Origin: an uncultured Chloroflexia bacterium
GTDB taxonomy: Bacteria; Chloroflexota; Chloroflexia; Thermomicrobiales; UBA6265
DNA length: 64,000 nt
Direction: 5' to 3'
Assembly: GCA_963724295.1 (NCBI GenBank)
Contig: CAVRUC010000013.1
Location: 320,001-384,000 of the forward strand
Shown here: positions 31,118 to 40,929 of the stretch, one piece after another
Layout of the letters: each line of letters starts with the position of its first letter
How positions within the stretch are numbered: position 1 is the first letter of the stretch
The notes under the pieces: generated by a model
Told to the model about the DNA's origin: nothing
Databases searched by the model: none
What the model saw: the letters and a program-made list of their open reading frames with translations, nothing else
Program-made: the position numbers and the translations under genes

Positions 31118-31471
31118 ATGGTGCTTATGCCCGTCAAGATCGGTACATTTTCGCCGCTGTCCGACGAGGGATTCATTGCGCTCCAACAGCAGAAGATGCG
31201 CAAGACGGATTCGGCCATGACCGCGCTCCTTGCAGAGATCGCCACTGGACAGTCGGTCCGGGCGCCGCTGTTGGAGGGACAGAGTGCCCGTGGACTGCGC
31301 ACCGGCATCAGCCGGGCCGCTTCCAGCCGCGGCATGGCAGTGGAGACGGTCGAAGGAGACGGTTTCGTGGCGGTACGGATGGTCGATGAGCCCCGTACCC
31401 GCAAGGGGAAGCAGGAGCCAGCGCACCATGGACAGCGACGACGGGGTCGGCCACCCAAGCATCAGGAGTAA
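31118..31471 (+). CDS. Small hypothetical protein with C-terminal AT-hook-like motif
   Basis: Ends RRRGRPPKHQE; host-like codon usage; start uncertain (31106/31118/31127). Confidence 0.65.
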   Translation: MVLMPVKIGTFSPLSDEGFIALQQQKMRKTDSAMTALLAEIATGQSVRAPLLEGQSARGLRTGISRAASSRGMAVETVEGDGFVAVRMVDEPRTRKGKQEPAHHGQRRRGRPPKHQE

Positions 31472-31561
31472 GATGCGGCCGAAATCGCCTCGTTGCGCGA
31501 TCTCGCCGCAGGCAGTTGAGGTCCAGACAACCTTTTGAACGCGACGTGGGGTGATCCGGCA

Positions 31562-34000
31562 CTAGAAGTTCGGCTTCGGATATGAAGACCTGGGTCCTTT
31601 GAGCACAGTGTCGAGATAGGCAGCAGCAGTTCCTTCCTGACCGGCCTGAGTTCCTGAGGCGAACAGGTCTTGACTCGACCAAGTTTTGACGGTCATCGGT
31701 GAACTCACTTCACGCGCACGTGCTATCACATCAGCGTCACGATCGAGATCTGAGGCCACCGCATACACGATCCGAGAACACGACAGCCTCCGACCAAGCT
31801 CGGCGAAGCGATCAATTTCTTGTTGCGTGAGCTGCCCGGCACTGGCCTTGCATTCACCGATGATGACCCTTCCACCTTTGATGGCGAATAGGTCAACTTC
31901 GATTTTCTGAAGCTCGCCCTCGACGAGCGGGGTCAGCGTTACCCCTGGTAGCAGGCCTAGAAGCGGTGCGCGTTCGTCAGAGATCCATGCGCGAGCATTG
32001 TTCACCGCGAGAAGATGCGGCAGAATCCCTTGATCCACCGCGTGACCAAATAGCTCATTGAGCCGATAGGACCATGTCAACGTGCCAGTACTGATCGGCT
32101 TGGTAGTGGTGTTTTGACACCCGTCGCAAAGCTGACCCACAGACAATCGAGCGATCGAATACCACCGGCGCAATCGGCACACGGGACACGTAAATTCGTA
32201 TCCTTGGAGCAAGACTCGGCGCTCGACCAACCACTCGATGACCTGGTTGCCCGTCGTCTGTGAGATCCCACGAAGTTCCTGTTGAATCCGGCTAGAGGTC
32301 CAATGTTGACGATCAAACTGGCTCTCTCGCGTGACTTCCTCGACGACGGCATCAACAAGGGCTGCTTGGTTCTCTGGAGCGGCCATCTCTGTGATCAAGC
32401 GGGTGATGTTGGCCTGGACCGCTTGACGTGGGTGCACCTCTGCCATTTTGCGAAAGAGGTCATAAATGAGGCTGCTTGCCATCAACTGTAGACCCTGGTC
32501 GTCTCCCAGCAAGTTCATGACCGCAATCGCCAATTGCCCCTTCTCTGAGATATCCGCGCGATAGCCAGCACGCTTGGCTAACCCCTCAACGAATGTCCAG
32601 CCGTCGTACACGCCGACCGACCATAGCGATTCTGGTTGGACGAACGGAACATCGAACCAGCCAGAGACACCATCCCGTGCAATTCGACGACCGAATGCCC
32701 CACCTGGTGGCAGACCAAAGTCTCTATCGGAGCCTCGTGGAAAAGGACGGTCTTCGATTGCGACTGTCCAGCCGATTCGTTCTGGGTGCTCCCAGTGTCC
32801 TAGGCTGTCGTAGTCCGGGACGGTGATGTCGGCAACACCATCCCGGAAGTTCACCACGTTTGAGGTTTGGAGCCCGAGAACGAAATCCGCCTTGAAGAAC
32901 CGATCGATGTTTGACCGACTATGAATAGTTACATTCGCCAACCCCGGCGGGACTAAGTCTTCCAACTCGGCGACATCAAGCGACGCACTTACGATCTGGA
33001 TCGTGCGTGAAGGATCCGGCTCGAGAGGTCCCCCTTGGACGAGGCGCCGCGCATTGTGAAGGCTCTGCAATACGTCGGAACGGCTGAGCCATTCAGGAGC
33101 AACCCAGACCGGAAGGAAACTCGATGCCGAACGTTGTGCCCGCAGGTTCCACACAAGGCACAAGTCTTCGACGCTGCGTGGATCCCCGACCACAACCACG
33201 CGACGGTTAAACGCTTCGTCGTATTGCTCGTGCTCAGGGTGATCTCCATCACCGTACCAATAGTGTTCAGGCAACGACGGGATTAATCGTGTGGTGAGGG
33301 TCGGAAGGCGCAATTGCTGAACTGGTGCCGGGCCGAATTTCGGCGTGAGGAATGAAGGATCACGGGGTATTTCGGTGACAGCGCGAATGAGATCGTCATT
33401 ACTCAGGGACCGGGGATCGATGGTTCGGACGGTGACGAAGTTGTCAATCCTGTTCGCTCGATACGCAAGGCTGATGACCATTTCTTGGCTCATCGGCCGT
33501 TGATCGAGATGCCCATAGCGGAACGCTAGGGGCAGGGCAAGTTCGTGATCAACGAGCGGGTCGAAATTCACCGTTTCATAGGATTGGCCGCCGGCACGAA
33601 CATGTCGCCAACGCTCTAGGGAACTGAAGACAGTCGCTCCTTCAATCTCCATCGTCTCCGTTGGTCGATCCCAGCTACGAATGATGCGGTCCCATCGATC
33701 ATGTTGTTCTGTCGCAAACACCGGATCTGCGTCGACGAGATCAATAAGAACATCAGGGTCGTGCGCATCTAGGACACGTTCCCAAACGGGACTTGGCCGA
33801 CTTCCTGGAGGGCACGGAATGAGAAACTGGTGAACCCCGTCCCAGGTCAAACAAGCAGACTCGATCGCCGCAAGTGCAAGACCGGGGGTGCCTGGAGCCA
33901 CCAGATAGGCGAGGCGGTGGGGACGAACGGTGGCAGTTACACGCGTCGGTCCATTCGGCCTAAGACTCTGCAAGAGCAGGTAGTCTGTCATTGCTGACAT
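31562..34000 (-). CDS. Uncharacterised 812-aa protein with Zn-ribbon and C-terminal PD-(D/E)xK nuclease-like domain
   Basis: Long uninterrupted ORF; CPVC..CDGC; EVDLFAIKGGRVIIGECK. Confidence 0.75.
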   Translation of the reverse strand: MSAMTDYLLLQSLRPNGPTRVTATVRPHRLAYLVAPGTPGLALAAIESACLTWDGVHQFLIPCPPGSRPSPVWERVLDAHDPDVLIDLVDADPVFATEQHDRWDRIIRSWDRPTETMEIEGATVFSSLERWRHVRAGGQSYETVNFDPLVDHELALPLAFRYGHLDQRPMSQEMVISLAYRANRIDNFVTVRTIDPRSLSNDDLIRAVTEIPRDPSFLTPKFGPAPVQQLRLPTLTTRLIPSLPEHYWYGDGDHPEHEQYDEAFNRRVVVVGDPRSVEDLCLVWNLRAQRSASSFLPVWVAPEWLSRSDVLQSLHNARRLVQGGPLEPDPSRTIQIVSASLDVAELEDLVPPGLANVTIHSRSNIDRFFKADFVLGLQTSNVVNFRDGVADITVPDYDSLGHWEHPERIGWTVAIEDRPFPRGSDRDFGLPPGGAFGRRIARDGVSGWFDVPFVQPESLWSVGVYDGWTFVEGLAKRAGYRADISEKGQLAIAVMNLLGDDQGLQLMASSLIYDLFRKMAEVHPRQAVQANITRLITEMAAPENQAALVDAVVEEVTRESQFDRQHWTSSRIQQELRGISQTTGNQVIEWLVERRVLLQGYEFTCPVCRLRRWYSIARLSVGQLCDGCQNTTTKPISTGTLTWSYRLNELFGHAVDQGILPHLLAVNNARAWISDERAPLLGLLPGVTLTPLVEGELQKIEVDLFAIKGGRVIIGECKASAGQLTQQEIDRFAELGRRLSCSRIVYAVASDLDRDADVIARAREVSSPMTVKTWSSQDLFASGTQAGQEGTAAAYLDTVLKGPRSSYPKPNF

Positions 34001-34387
34001 TCGTAAAGCATCCTGGAGTTACGGTTGCTCGACTTCAAGCTTCGCCGATGTGGTGACTATGCACGGAGGACCCCGGAATCGAAAGGCCGCGAAGCACGTG
34101 ACCTGCTCCCAGGATTTGGTCCATGGATCATGAGAGGCTGGTCCGGGCACGGTGCGGCTAATCCCCACTAGTGACGCAGCTTCAAGCAACCCGACCAGCA
34201 ATATCGTTGACGTCACCGTCCGGATCGAGCATCCATAATCTCGCTCTCCTGCCCTTTGTCGTTGGACGGTGGGGTTCACCGTGGCTCAAGTGGCCCTACT
34301 GCGGGCGGGTTAGTCGCGCGCCTGAGACGGACCGACCGGGACCTCACGAGCGCTGCGGCTGCGACGTGGCGAACTCCGGGTCAGCTC

Positions 34388-36442
34388 TTAAAAGCTGTTC
34401 GGGTCGTTCGGGTCAGTGCCATTGACAACCTCGTCGCCGTCGAGGACGCCGTCAGCGTCGTTGTCGGGGTTGCGCGTGCCGGTCTGGTAGACGTAGTACT
34501 CATCGCCGTCGGTCGCACCGTCATCGTCCGTATCGACATCAAAAGGATCGGTGCCGAGCTCGAACTCGATCGCGTCCTCGAGCCCGTCTCCGTCCCCGTC
34601 TACTGTATCGACCGCCACCGCCGCTGGCGCCTCGGCACTCTCTTCGGTCGTCTCCTCTGTCGCCGCCGTAGTCTCGTCTGTGACGACCGGCGCTTCCTGC
34701 GCGACGGCGGTCGCCGCGGGAGCCTCAGCGGGCGCGGCGGCCGTCGGTTCGGCTGCCTGAGCCGCTTCACCCTTGGTGATGGTCATCAACGAGGAGACGC
34801 TGCCCGGCCACTCGACCTCGCTCGGGGTCGGTGTGTATCCGGTGACGGCCGGATTGACCAGGAAGATGCCGGACGGGTTGAGCAGGAAGGCCGCCGGCAC
34901 GTCGTCGACGAGGATCTGGCCCGCTTGCTCGTAGTAGGTGAGGCGTTCTGCCGGATCGATTGTCGTGTCGCCGAGCTCGGTCAGCCTGTCGAATTCCTCG
35001 TTGCAGTAGCCGAAGGGGTTGAGACTCGAGTCACAGGCCCAGAAGACGCTCAACCAGTTCTGCGGATCGGGGTAGTCCTGGTACCAGCTGCCGAAGTAAA
35101 CCAACTGGGGGTGCGTTTTCGCATCTTTGCGCAGCGCGGTGAGCGCGGCCCCCTCCATCGGCTCGATGGTGAGCTCGACGCCCAGGATGTCGCGGATCTC
35201 GCCGGCAATCCATTCCGATTGCTGGCCCCGCTCCTCGAAGTCGCTATTGAAGTAGAGCTTGATTTCCGGCAAATTGTCCGGCCCGCCGTATGACGATTCG
35301 GCTAGCGCCTGCCGGGCGGCCTCGGGATCGAACGCGTACTGATCCGTGTCGATGGCCCCGGGCAGCCCCTCCGGGATGAAGGAAACTGTCGGCAGGCAAT
35401 CTCCCGAGCGCACCTCCGTGCACAGGGTCTCGCGATCGATGGCGTACGAGAACGCCTCCCGCACCTTCTTGTCCTGGAATGGCTCCATCGTGAGGTTCAT
35501 CGCCAGGAACTGGTTAGCGGCCTGCGGGTAGGTCACGAAGGCTGGTGACAGTTCGGGATCGTTGGCCACCTCCATGATCTGGTCCGCCTGGAGCTGCACG
35601 GTATCGAGATCCCCGGCGCGATAGGCCTGGAGGGCCACGGCGGCCTCGTCGGCATAGACATAATCGATGCCATCGAGCAGCGGCCGGCCCTGCCAGTAGT
35701 TGTCATTGGCGGCGAAGGTCCACTCCTGGTCTTCCGCGATTCCGGTCACGGTGAAGGGGCCATTACCGATGTGGTTCTCGGCGCTCTTCCACCAGTTGTC
35801 CGGGTCTCGCGCCACGATCTCCTGCTTGACGGGGGCGAAGACCCACAGCGCCCCGATAGTGTGAAAGTACGGTGCGGGATTGGTCAGGTCGAGCTGGAGG
35901 GTGAGGTCGTCGATGACCCTCGCACCAAGCGCGGCCTTCGCAGTGTCGTACTCCTCCGGGGTAAATTCGACAGCATTGCCCTCATCGTCAGCGCCGATTG
36001 CGGCGAAATCCTCGCAGCCGGCGATCTCGAAGAGGAGGTACTGGTACTCACCGGCGGTCTCCGGGTCGCAGGTGCGCTCGACCGCGTAGCGGAAGTTCTC
36101 GGCCGTCAAAGGCGACCCGTCGCTGTACGTCAGATCGGGTCGGATCGTGAAGGTGATCTGGGTGGCGTCGTCGTTGTACTCCCATGACTCCGCCGCGGCT
36201 GGAACCGTCTCCTGGTTGGTGTCGAGTCGCGTGAGGCCCTCGTAGACCAATTGCAGGATATCGATCTCGGGGGTGGTGGAGCTCTTTTGCGGATCGACGA
36301 CATCGGGATAGGACAGGTGATGAACCCGGAGCACATTCCCGTCGTCTTGGGCCATGGTGCCGGTCGCAAGCGCCGGCAACACCAGCGCGAAGACGACGGC
36401 GAGCATGGCGAGCCTGGACCAACAGCGAGGTACCCGGTGCAT
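34388..36442 (-). CDS. Peptide ABC transporter substrate-binding protein (family 5) with C-terminal DxDxDG repeats
   Basis: Signal peptide, YEGLTR, YSDGSPLTAE, GNGPF, VREAFSYAIDR, WYQDYPDP; tail DGDGDG/DTDDDG/DNDADG. Confidence 0.9.
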   Translation of the reverse strand: MHRVPRCWSRLAMLAVVFALVLPALATGTMAQDDGNVLRVHHLSYPDVVDPQKSSTTPEIDILQLVYEGLTRLDTNQETVPAAAESWEYNDDATQITFTIRPDLTYSDGSPLTAENFRYAVERTCDPETAGEYQYLLFEIAGCEDFAAIGADDEGNAVEFTPEEYDTAKAALGARVIDDLTLQLDLTNPAPYFHTIGALWVFAPVKQEIVARDPDNWWKSAENHIGNGPFTVTGIAEDQEWTFAANDNYWQGRPLLDGIDYVYADEAAVALQAYRAGDLDTVQLQADQIMEVANDPELSPAFVTYPQAANQFLAMNLTMEPFQDKKVREAFSYAIDRETLCTEVRSGDCLPTVSFIPEGLPGAIDTDQYAFDPEAARQALAESSYGGPDNLPEIKLYFNSDFEERGQQSEWIAGEIRDILGVELTIEPMEGAALTALRKDAKTHPQLVYFGSWYQDYPDPQNWLSVFWACDSSLNPFGYCNEEFDRLTELGDTTIDPAERLTYYEQAGQILVDDVPAAFLLNPSGIFLVNPAVTGYTPTPSEVEWPGSVSSLMTITKGEAAQAAEPTAAAPAEAPAATAVAQEAPVVTDETTAATEETTEESAEAPAAVAVDTVDGDGDGLEDAIEFELGTDPFDVDTDDDGATDGDEYYVYQTGTRNPDNDADGVLDGDEVVNGTDPNDPNSF

Positions 36443-36643
36443 CGGCTCCTCCTGACCACAACGATTCGGTTCCGCTTGGGCAGCGGGAGTGAAATTCCGG
36501 TTTACCCTAAATGACGCCTTGATTCACGTCAATCGGGAATTTCCACGGGCGTTTCAGCCTCGGGCTCATCACCGTGGCGAATCGCGACTGCACGAGCAAG
36601 ATTCTGGAGGCTTCCACGATCGGGAGCACGGAACATCGCCCCA

Positions 36644-38113
36644 TTACAGGGCAAACTCCGTGTCAGGATCGAGGGGGAAGATCGGGCGGCGGATGTGCCG
36701 GTAGGGGAAGCGGCGAAGATCGACGCTGCCCAGACCGGGGGTATCGGCATAGACGGCGTGCTTCGCGATCGGGCCGAAGCCGCCGCGCCAGCGCACCGCC
36801 GCTTTGACCACGATGATCTGCTGCCGCGTCGGGTCGATGCCGATCGATTTCAACTGCTGCTGGTCGCCGGGCATCGACTTGTGCGAGGTCAGCACCAGGT
36901 TCACGCCCCCGCAACGCAGGACCGCCGTCGGACCCATGTCAACCGGGACCCCCGCATTCTCCGGACCCTCGTGCACCCAGCGCCCGTCACAGAGGAGGCG
37001 CACTCGCCCCGCCACCTCCACGGGATCGCCGTGCAAGCGGTCGGTCTTGCCGCCGACGACCATGCGGACCGTCGCGCCAACCCCCGCGGCAAAGGCGGCA
37101 CGAGCCGCCTCCGCGTCGGCGATCACCATGGTCGCCTCCTGGGCACCCTGCGCCAGCAGCTCGGCGAGGAGCACCGTCCCATCACCGGGTGTGCCGCCGC
37201 CGATGTTGTCGCCGACGTCGACGAGCATGACCGGTCCCTCGGGGAAGGCGATCGCCTCGGCGACGGCCTCCGCCGGCAACGTGTTGCGCACCATCATGTC
37301 GTCACGGAGCGACCACGCCAGCGTCGCCAGCTCGCCGGCCAGCCGCCGGGCTGCCGCCGGATCGTTATCGGTGGTCACCAGGAGCCCGATGCCCGCTTCG
37401 GGAACGTCGGCATAGGCAAACCCACCGGCGATCGTCACCGTGAGCGCCTCGCCGGAGCGCTCCATGGCGAAGGCGCGGTCGAGGAGGGTCTTGAACGGGC
37501 CTTCGGCGGTGGCGATGGCCTGCGGCACCGGCAGCAGCGGCGGTTTGGCAAGGGCCATCACCGGCCGGATCTCACCCCGGATCGTGCCCGCCAGCAGATC
37601 GACCGCCTCCCGCGCGCGCTCGGCGGCGTCGACGTGCGGGTAGGTGTCGTAGGTGGTGATGACGTCGACACGATCGACCATCGCCTGCCCGATATTGGCG
37701 TGCAGATCGAGGGTGACGGCGATCGGCACCTCCGGCCCGACGAGGTCGCGCACGCGGCGCACGATCTCGGCCTCGGCGTCAGGAAAGTCTTCGGCCACCA
37801 TCGCCCCGTGCAGCGTGAGCACGATGCCGTCCGCCGGCAACGCCGCGGCGATGCGCTCGCACAGCTCGTTGGCGAGGGTATCGAAGGTCTGGCGGTCGGG
37901 TACTCCCGTCGAGACGCCATCGGCGAAGAACGCCGGCGCCAGCTCGATGCCGCGTTCGCGGCAGCCATCGATGACCCCGCCGAGCGAGTGGTTGCGTCCG
38001 GCGAAGACCAGCAGCTCGTCGCCGCGAGCGATGACGCTGAGACTTTTCAGCGTCGTCGGTTCGGCGGAGAAGGTGTGCGTCTCGTGCATGATGCCGCCGG
38101 TGATCAGGCGCAT
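36644..38113 (-). CDS. M81 family metallopeptidase (MlrC-like)
   Basis: HETHTF, LHGAM, LDLHAN, TYPHVD, GDNIGGG. Confidence 0.92.
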   Translation of the reverse strand: MRLITGGIMHETHTFSAEPTTLKSLSVIARGDELLVFAGRNHSLGGVIDGCRERGIELAPAFFADGVSTGVPDRQTFDTLANELCERIAAALPADGIVLTLHGAMVAEDFPDAEAEIVRRVRDLVGPEVPIAVTLDLHANIGQAMVDRVDVITTYDTYPHVDAAERAREAVDLLAGTIRGEIRPVMALAKPPLLPVPQAIATAEGPFKTLLDRAFAMERSGEALTVTIAGGFAYADVPEAGIGLLVTTDNDPAAARRLAGELATLAWSLRDDMMVRNTLPAEAVAEAIAFPEGPVMLVDVGDNIGGGTPGDGTVLLAELLAQGAQEATMVIADAEAARAAFAAGVGATVRMVVGGKTDRLHGDPVEVAGRVRLLCDGRWVHEGPENAGVPVDMGPTAVLRCGGVNLVLTSHKSMPGDQQQLKSIGIDPTRQQIIVVKAAVRWRGGFGPIAKHAVYADTPGLGSVDLRRFPYRHIRRPIFPLDPDTEFAL

Positions 38114-38150
38114 TGTGAGAGCTCTCCGATGACGACGATCCCGGTGCGAT

Positions 38151-39471
38151 TCACGCAGCCCGCATGTCGCGCGTCACCGCTTCGACGACGGAGAGGGTCT
38201 CGGCAAAGTCCGCGTCGGTATGCGCCAGGGAGAAACCGGCGTGTCCAGGTGGGCCCTGCCGCGTGTAGCCGTGGAAATAGACGCCGCGCTCGAAGCAGCC
38301 GGCGGCGAAGCGGCGATTGAGCTCGTGGTCGTGGTCGAGCGCGTCCGACCAGGTCCGCACGGGGTCGGTGATGCCGAAGTAGATGCCGAAGCGGGCGCCC
38401 ATCCCCTGCACCCGCGCGGGGACTCCCGCGCGGTCGAAAATGGCCTGCAAGTCGCAGTAGAAGGCGTCGGCCGTGGCGTTGATGCGGTCGTAGACACCGG
38501 GCTGACTCAGCTCCTCGAGCGTGGCCAGGGCGGCCAGCACGCTGAGCAGATGCCCGGAGTAGGTCCCGCTGTGGGCGACCGGCCCGGTCGGGGCGAGAGT
38601 GAGCATCAGATCCTCCCGCCCGGAGACAGAGGCCAGCGGTAGTCCGTTGGCCAGTGCCTTGGCGTGCGTGGTCAGGTCCGGGGTGACCCCGTACTGGGTC
38701 TGCACGCCGCCGAGGTGGGTACGGAAACCTGACAGCACCTCGTCCATGACGAAGACGATGCCATGCTCGCTGCACCGGGCCCGCAGCAGCTCCAGGAACC
38801 CCGGCTCGGGCGGGATGCAGCCGGCGTTGTAGTGGATCGGCTCGCAGAAGACGGCCGCCAGCTCCTCACCGTGGGCGGCGATGGCGCGCTCGAACGCCTC
38901 GACGTCATTCCAGGGTGCCATCACCACGTCGTCCGCGCCCGAGACCGGCACCCCGCCGGATGAGGGGACCACCGCGCTGGCGTCGTCGAGCGGGTCCGCG
39001 CGACGGTAGAGCCACGGCTCGCTGAGACCGTGGAAATGACCGTCGAATTTCAGGTACTTCGTGCGGCCGGTGGCGTGGCGGGCGATGCGCAGCGCGACGA
39101 GGGTCACCTCGCTGCCGACGCTGGAGAAGCGGACCCGCTCCGCGGCCGGGATGATCTCGACCATCCGCGCCGCCAGCCGCTCGTGGAACGGCGTCTCGGC
39201 GGCGGTGATGATCCCCCGCTCGACGCCCGTGCAGGACGGCGCGTTTCACGGCCGGGTGATCGTGTCCCAGCAGCGCCGCGCCGTTCGACATGTTGAAGTC
39301 GATGTATCGCTTCCCATCGACCCCGTAGAGGTACGGTCCCTCGCCGCGGTCAACGTAGAGCGGCCGTCCCAGGTAGGAGTGCAGTCGCATCGAGGCGGAG
39401 ACGCCCCCGGCCAGCACCGCCTGCGCCTCCGTGAAGAGCTGGTCCGGTTGGGTGATTGTCGTGTTGCTCAT
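38151..39471 (-). CDS. Class III aminotransferase (GSA aminomutase-like); frameshift near 39227
   Basis: GGVSAS, YIDF..GAALLGH in ORF 38905; KFDGHFHG, DEVLSGFR, PDLTTHAKALANG in ORF 38151; extra base in a GGG run. Confidence 0.88.
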
Positions 39472-39583
39472 GCCGCTACTGTACGACGCGACCCCGGAAT
39501 CCAACAGGGCTGGCACGACGCTAGCGTCTCCCATACCATGCCCGGGTCGCCGCGGCACGGCCACGGCGAGAGGAGGATCGGCC

Positions 39584-39925
39584 ATGCACTTCTATTGCGC
39601 CTACACCTGGTTCCCCAAGACGCGTCCTGAGGAAGTCTGGGAGCGGGTCATCCACCAGCATGAGCGCGGCTCGAACGCGCCAGAGCTGATCCGCGGCTGG
39701 TACGACTTCGCCGGAGGCGGCGCCGGGTTTCTCATCGTCGAAACCGATGACGTGCGCGAGCTGACCGCGATGTTGCGGCCTTACATCGACCTCATGGCCT
39801 GGGATATCCGCGCCCTCTCCGAGAACAAGTACGACGAGACGGTTCAGCAGATCCGGGACGCTCTGGCCCAGATGGGCCGCCTGGCACACTCCGAGGTCAC
39901 CATGCCGGTGGGGGTCGAGTCCTGA
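39584..39925 (+). CDS. DUF3303-like small protein
   Basis: GGAGG RBS; GW...GGGAGF.IVETDD pattern. Confidence 0.65.
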   Translation: MHFYCAYTWFPKTRPEEVWERVIHQHERGSNAPELIRGWYDFAGGGAGFLIVETDDVRELTAMLRPYIDLMAWDIRALSENKYDETVQQIRDALAQMGRLAHSEVTMPVGVES

Positions 39926-39942
39926 GCGACGTGATGCTGTAA

Positions 39943-40803
39943 GTGCTACCGATCGCTCTCGGTCTCGGCGCGGCAACGTGTATCGGCTTCTCGAACATCA
40001 TCGCCGGGCTCACCGCGCGCCGCTTGACGCCGCTCATCGTCGGCTTCTGGTCGCAAGCGACCGGCACGGTCTGGTGCGCGCTGTTGCTCCTGGTACTGCG
40101 CCCGCCGCTCGTCTCCGGACAGATCTCCGGCGGGCTGATCGCGGGGCTCGCCGGCGGGGCCGGCATGGTGCTCTTCTACCAGTCCATGGCCACCGGCGCC
40201 ATCTCCCTTATCGCGCCGATCACCGCCTGCGCCATCGTCTTCCCCGTGATCTACGCGATTGCCTCCGGCGAAACGTTGACCCTTCCCGTCGCCGCCGGTC
40301 TCGTCGCCATCATCAGCGGGATCGTGTTGGCCTCGTTGCGGCCAACACCGGTTCGCGGCGATCCACCTGATACGCGAATCGCGACGGACCGGCGAGCGAT
40401 TGCGCTGGCCATCGTCGCCGCGGCGGCCTTTGGCGCCTTTTTCATCCTCATCGATTTTGCGCCACCGGCCAGCGGCTGGGGAGCGCTCTGGACAGCCGGC
40501 GGGGTCCGCCTCAGCGGGTTCGCGGTGCAGGTGACCCTGGCGCTGCTCGGGCCACGCCGGCTCGCGTGGCCGGGCCGCTACGCACCGGCGATAGCGCTGG
40601 CCGGGACGCTGGACCTGACCGCGCTGCTGCTGATCAGCTTCGGCGCGATGACGGACGCCTACGGCATCGTCACCGCTCTGGTCGGTCTCTACCCGGTGAT
40701 CGTCGCGCTCCTCGGCGTCGTCTTCCTCGGCGAGCGGTTGACCCGGGTGCAAACGATCGGCGCCACGCTGGCGATGGCGGGCGTCCTGCTGGTCAGCATC
40801 TAG
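39943..40803 (+). CDS. EamA/DMT family transporter
   Basis: About 10 TM segments, LYPVIVALLG..FLGERL. Confidence 0.88.
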   Translation: MLPIALGLGAATCIGFSNIIAGLTARRLTPLIVGFWSQATGTVWCALLLLVLRPPLVSGQISGGLIAGLAGGAGMVLFYQSMATGAISLIAPITACAIVFPVIYAIASGETLTLPVAAGLVAIISGIVLASLRPTPVRGDPPDTRIATDRRAIALAIVAAAAFGAFFILIDFAPPASGWGALWTAGGVRLSGFAVQVTLALLGPRRLAWPGRYAPAIALAGTLDLTALLLISFGAMTDAYGIVTALVGLYPVIVALLGVVFLGERLTRVQTIGATLAMAGVLLVSI

Positions 40804-40929
40804 GGTTGGCGCCCAACTTCCCGCGGCCTGACTACGGAATCTCTCTGGTGGCATTGCGCCGAGTGCATAGCGCGAATACCCTGAACCAGGTGACGCCCAT
40901 GGGATCTGCGCGCTGATTGAGCGGGGAGC

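Noticed and set aside
28900..34380. Intact prophage, ICE or IS
   Set aside because: No integrase, transposase, phage structural genes or terminal inverted repeats recognised; right border undefined
38151..39471. Assignment as hemL
   Set aside because: GSA-aminomutase-like, but not in a heme gene context and next to a peptidase; more likely a catabolic paralog
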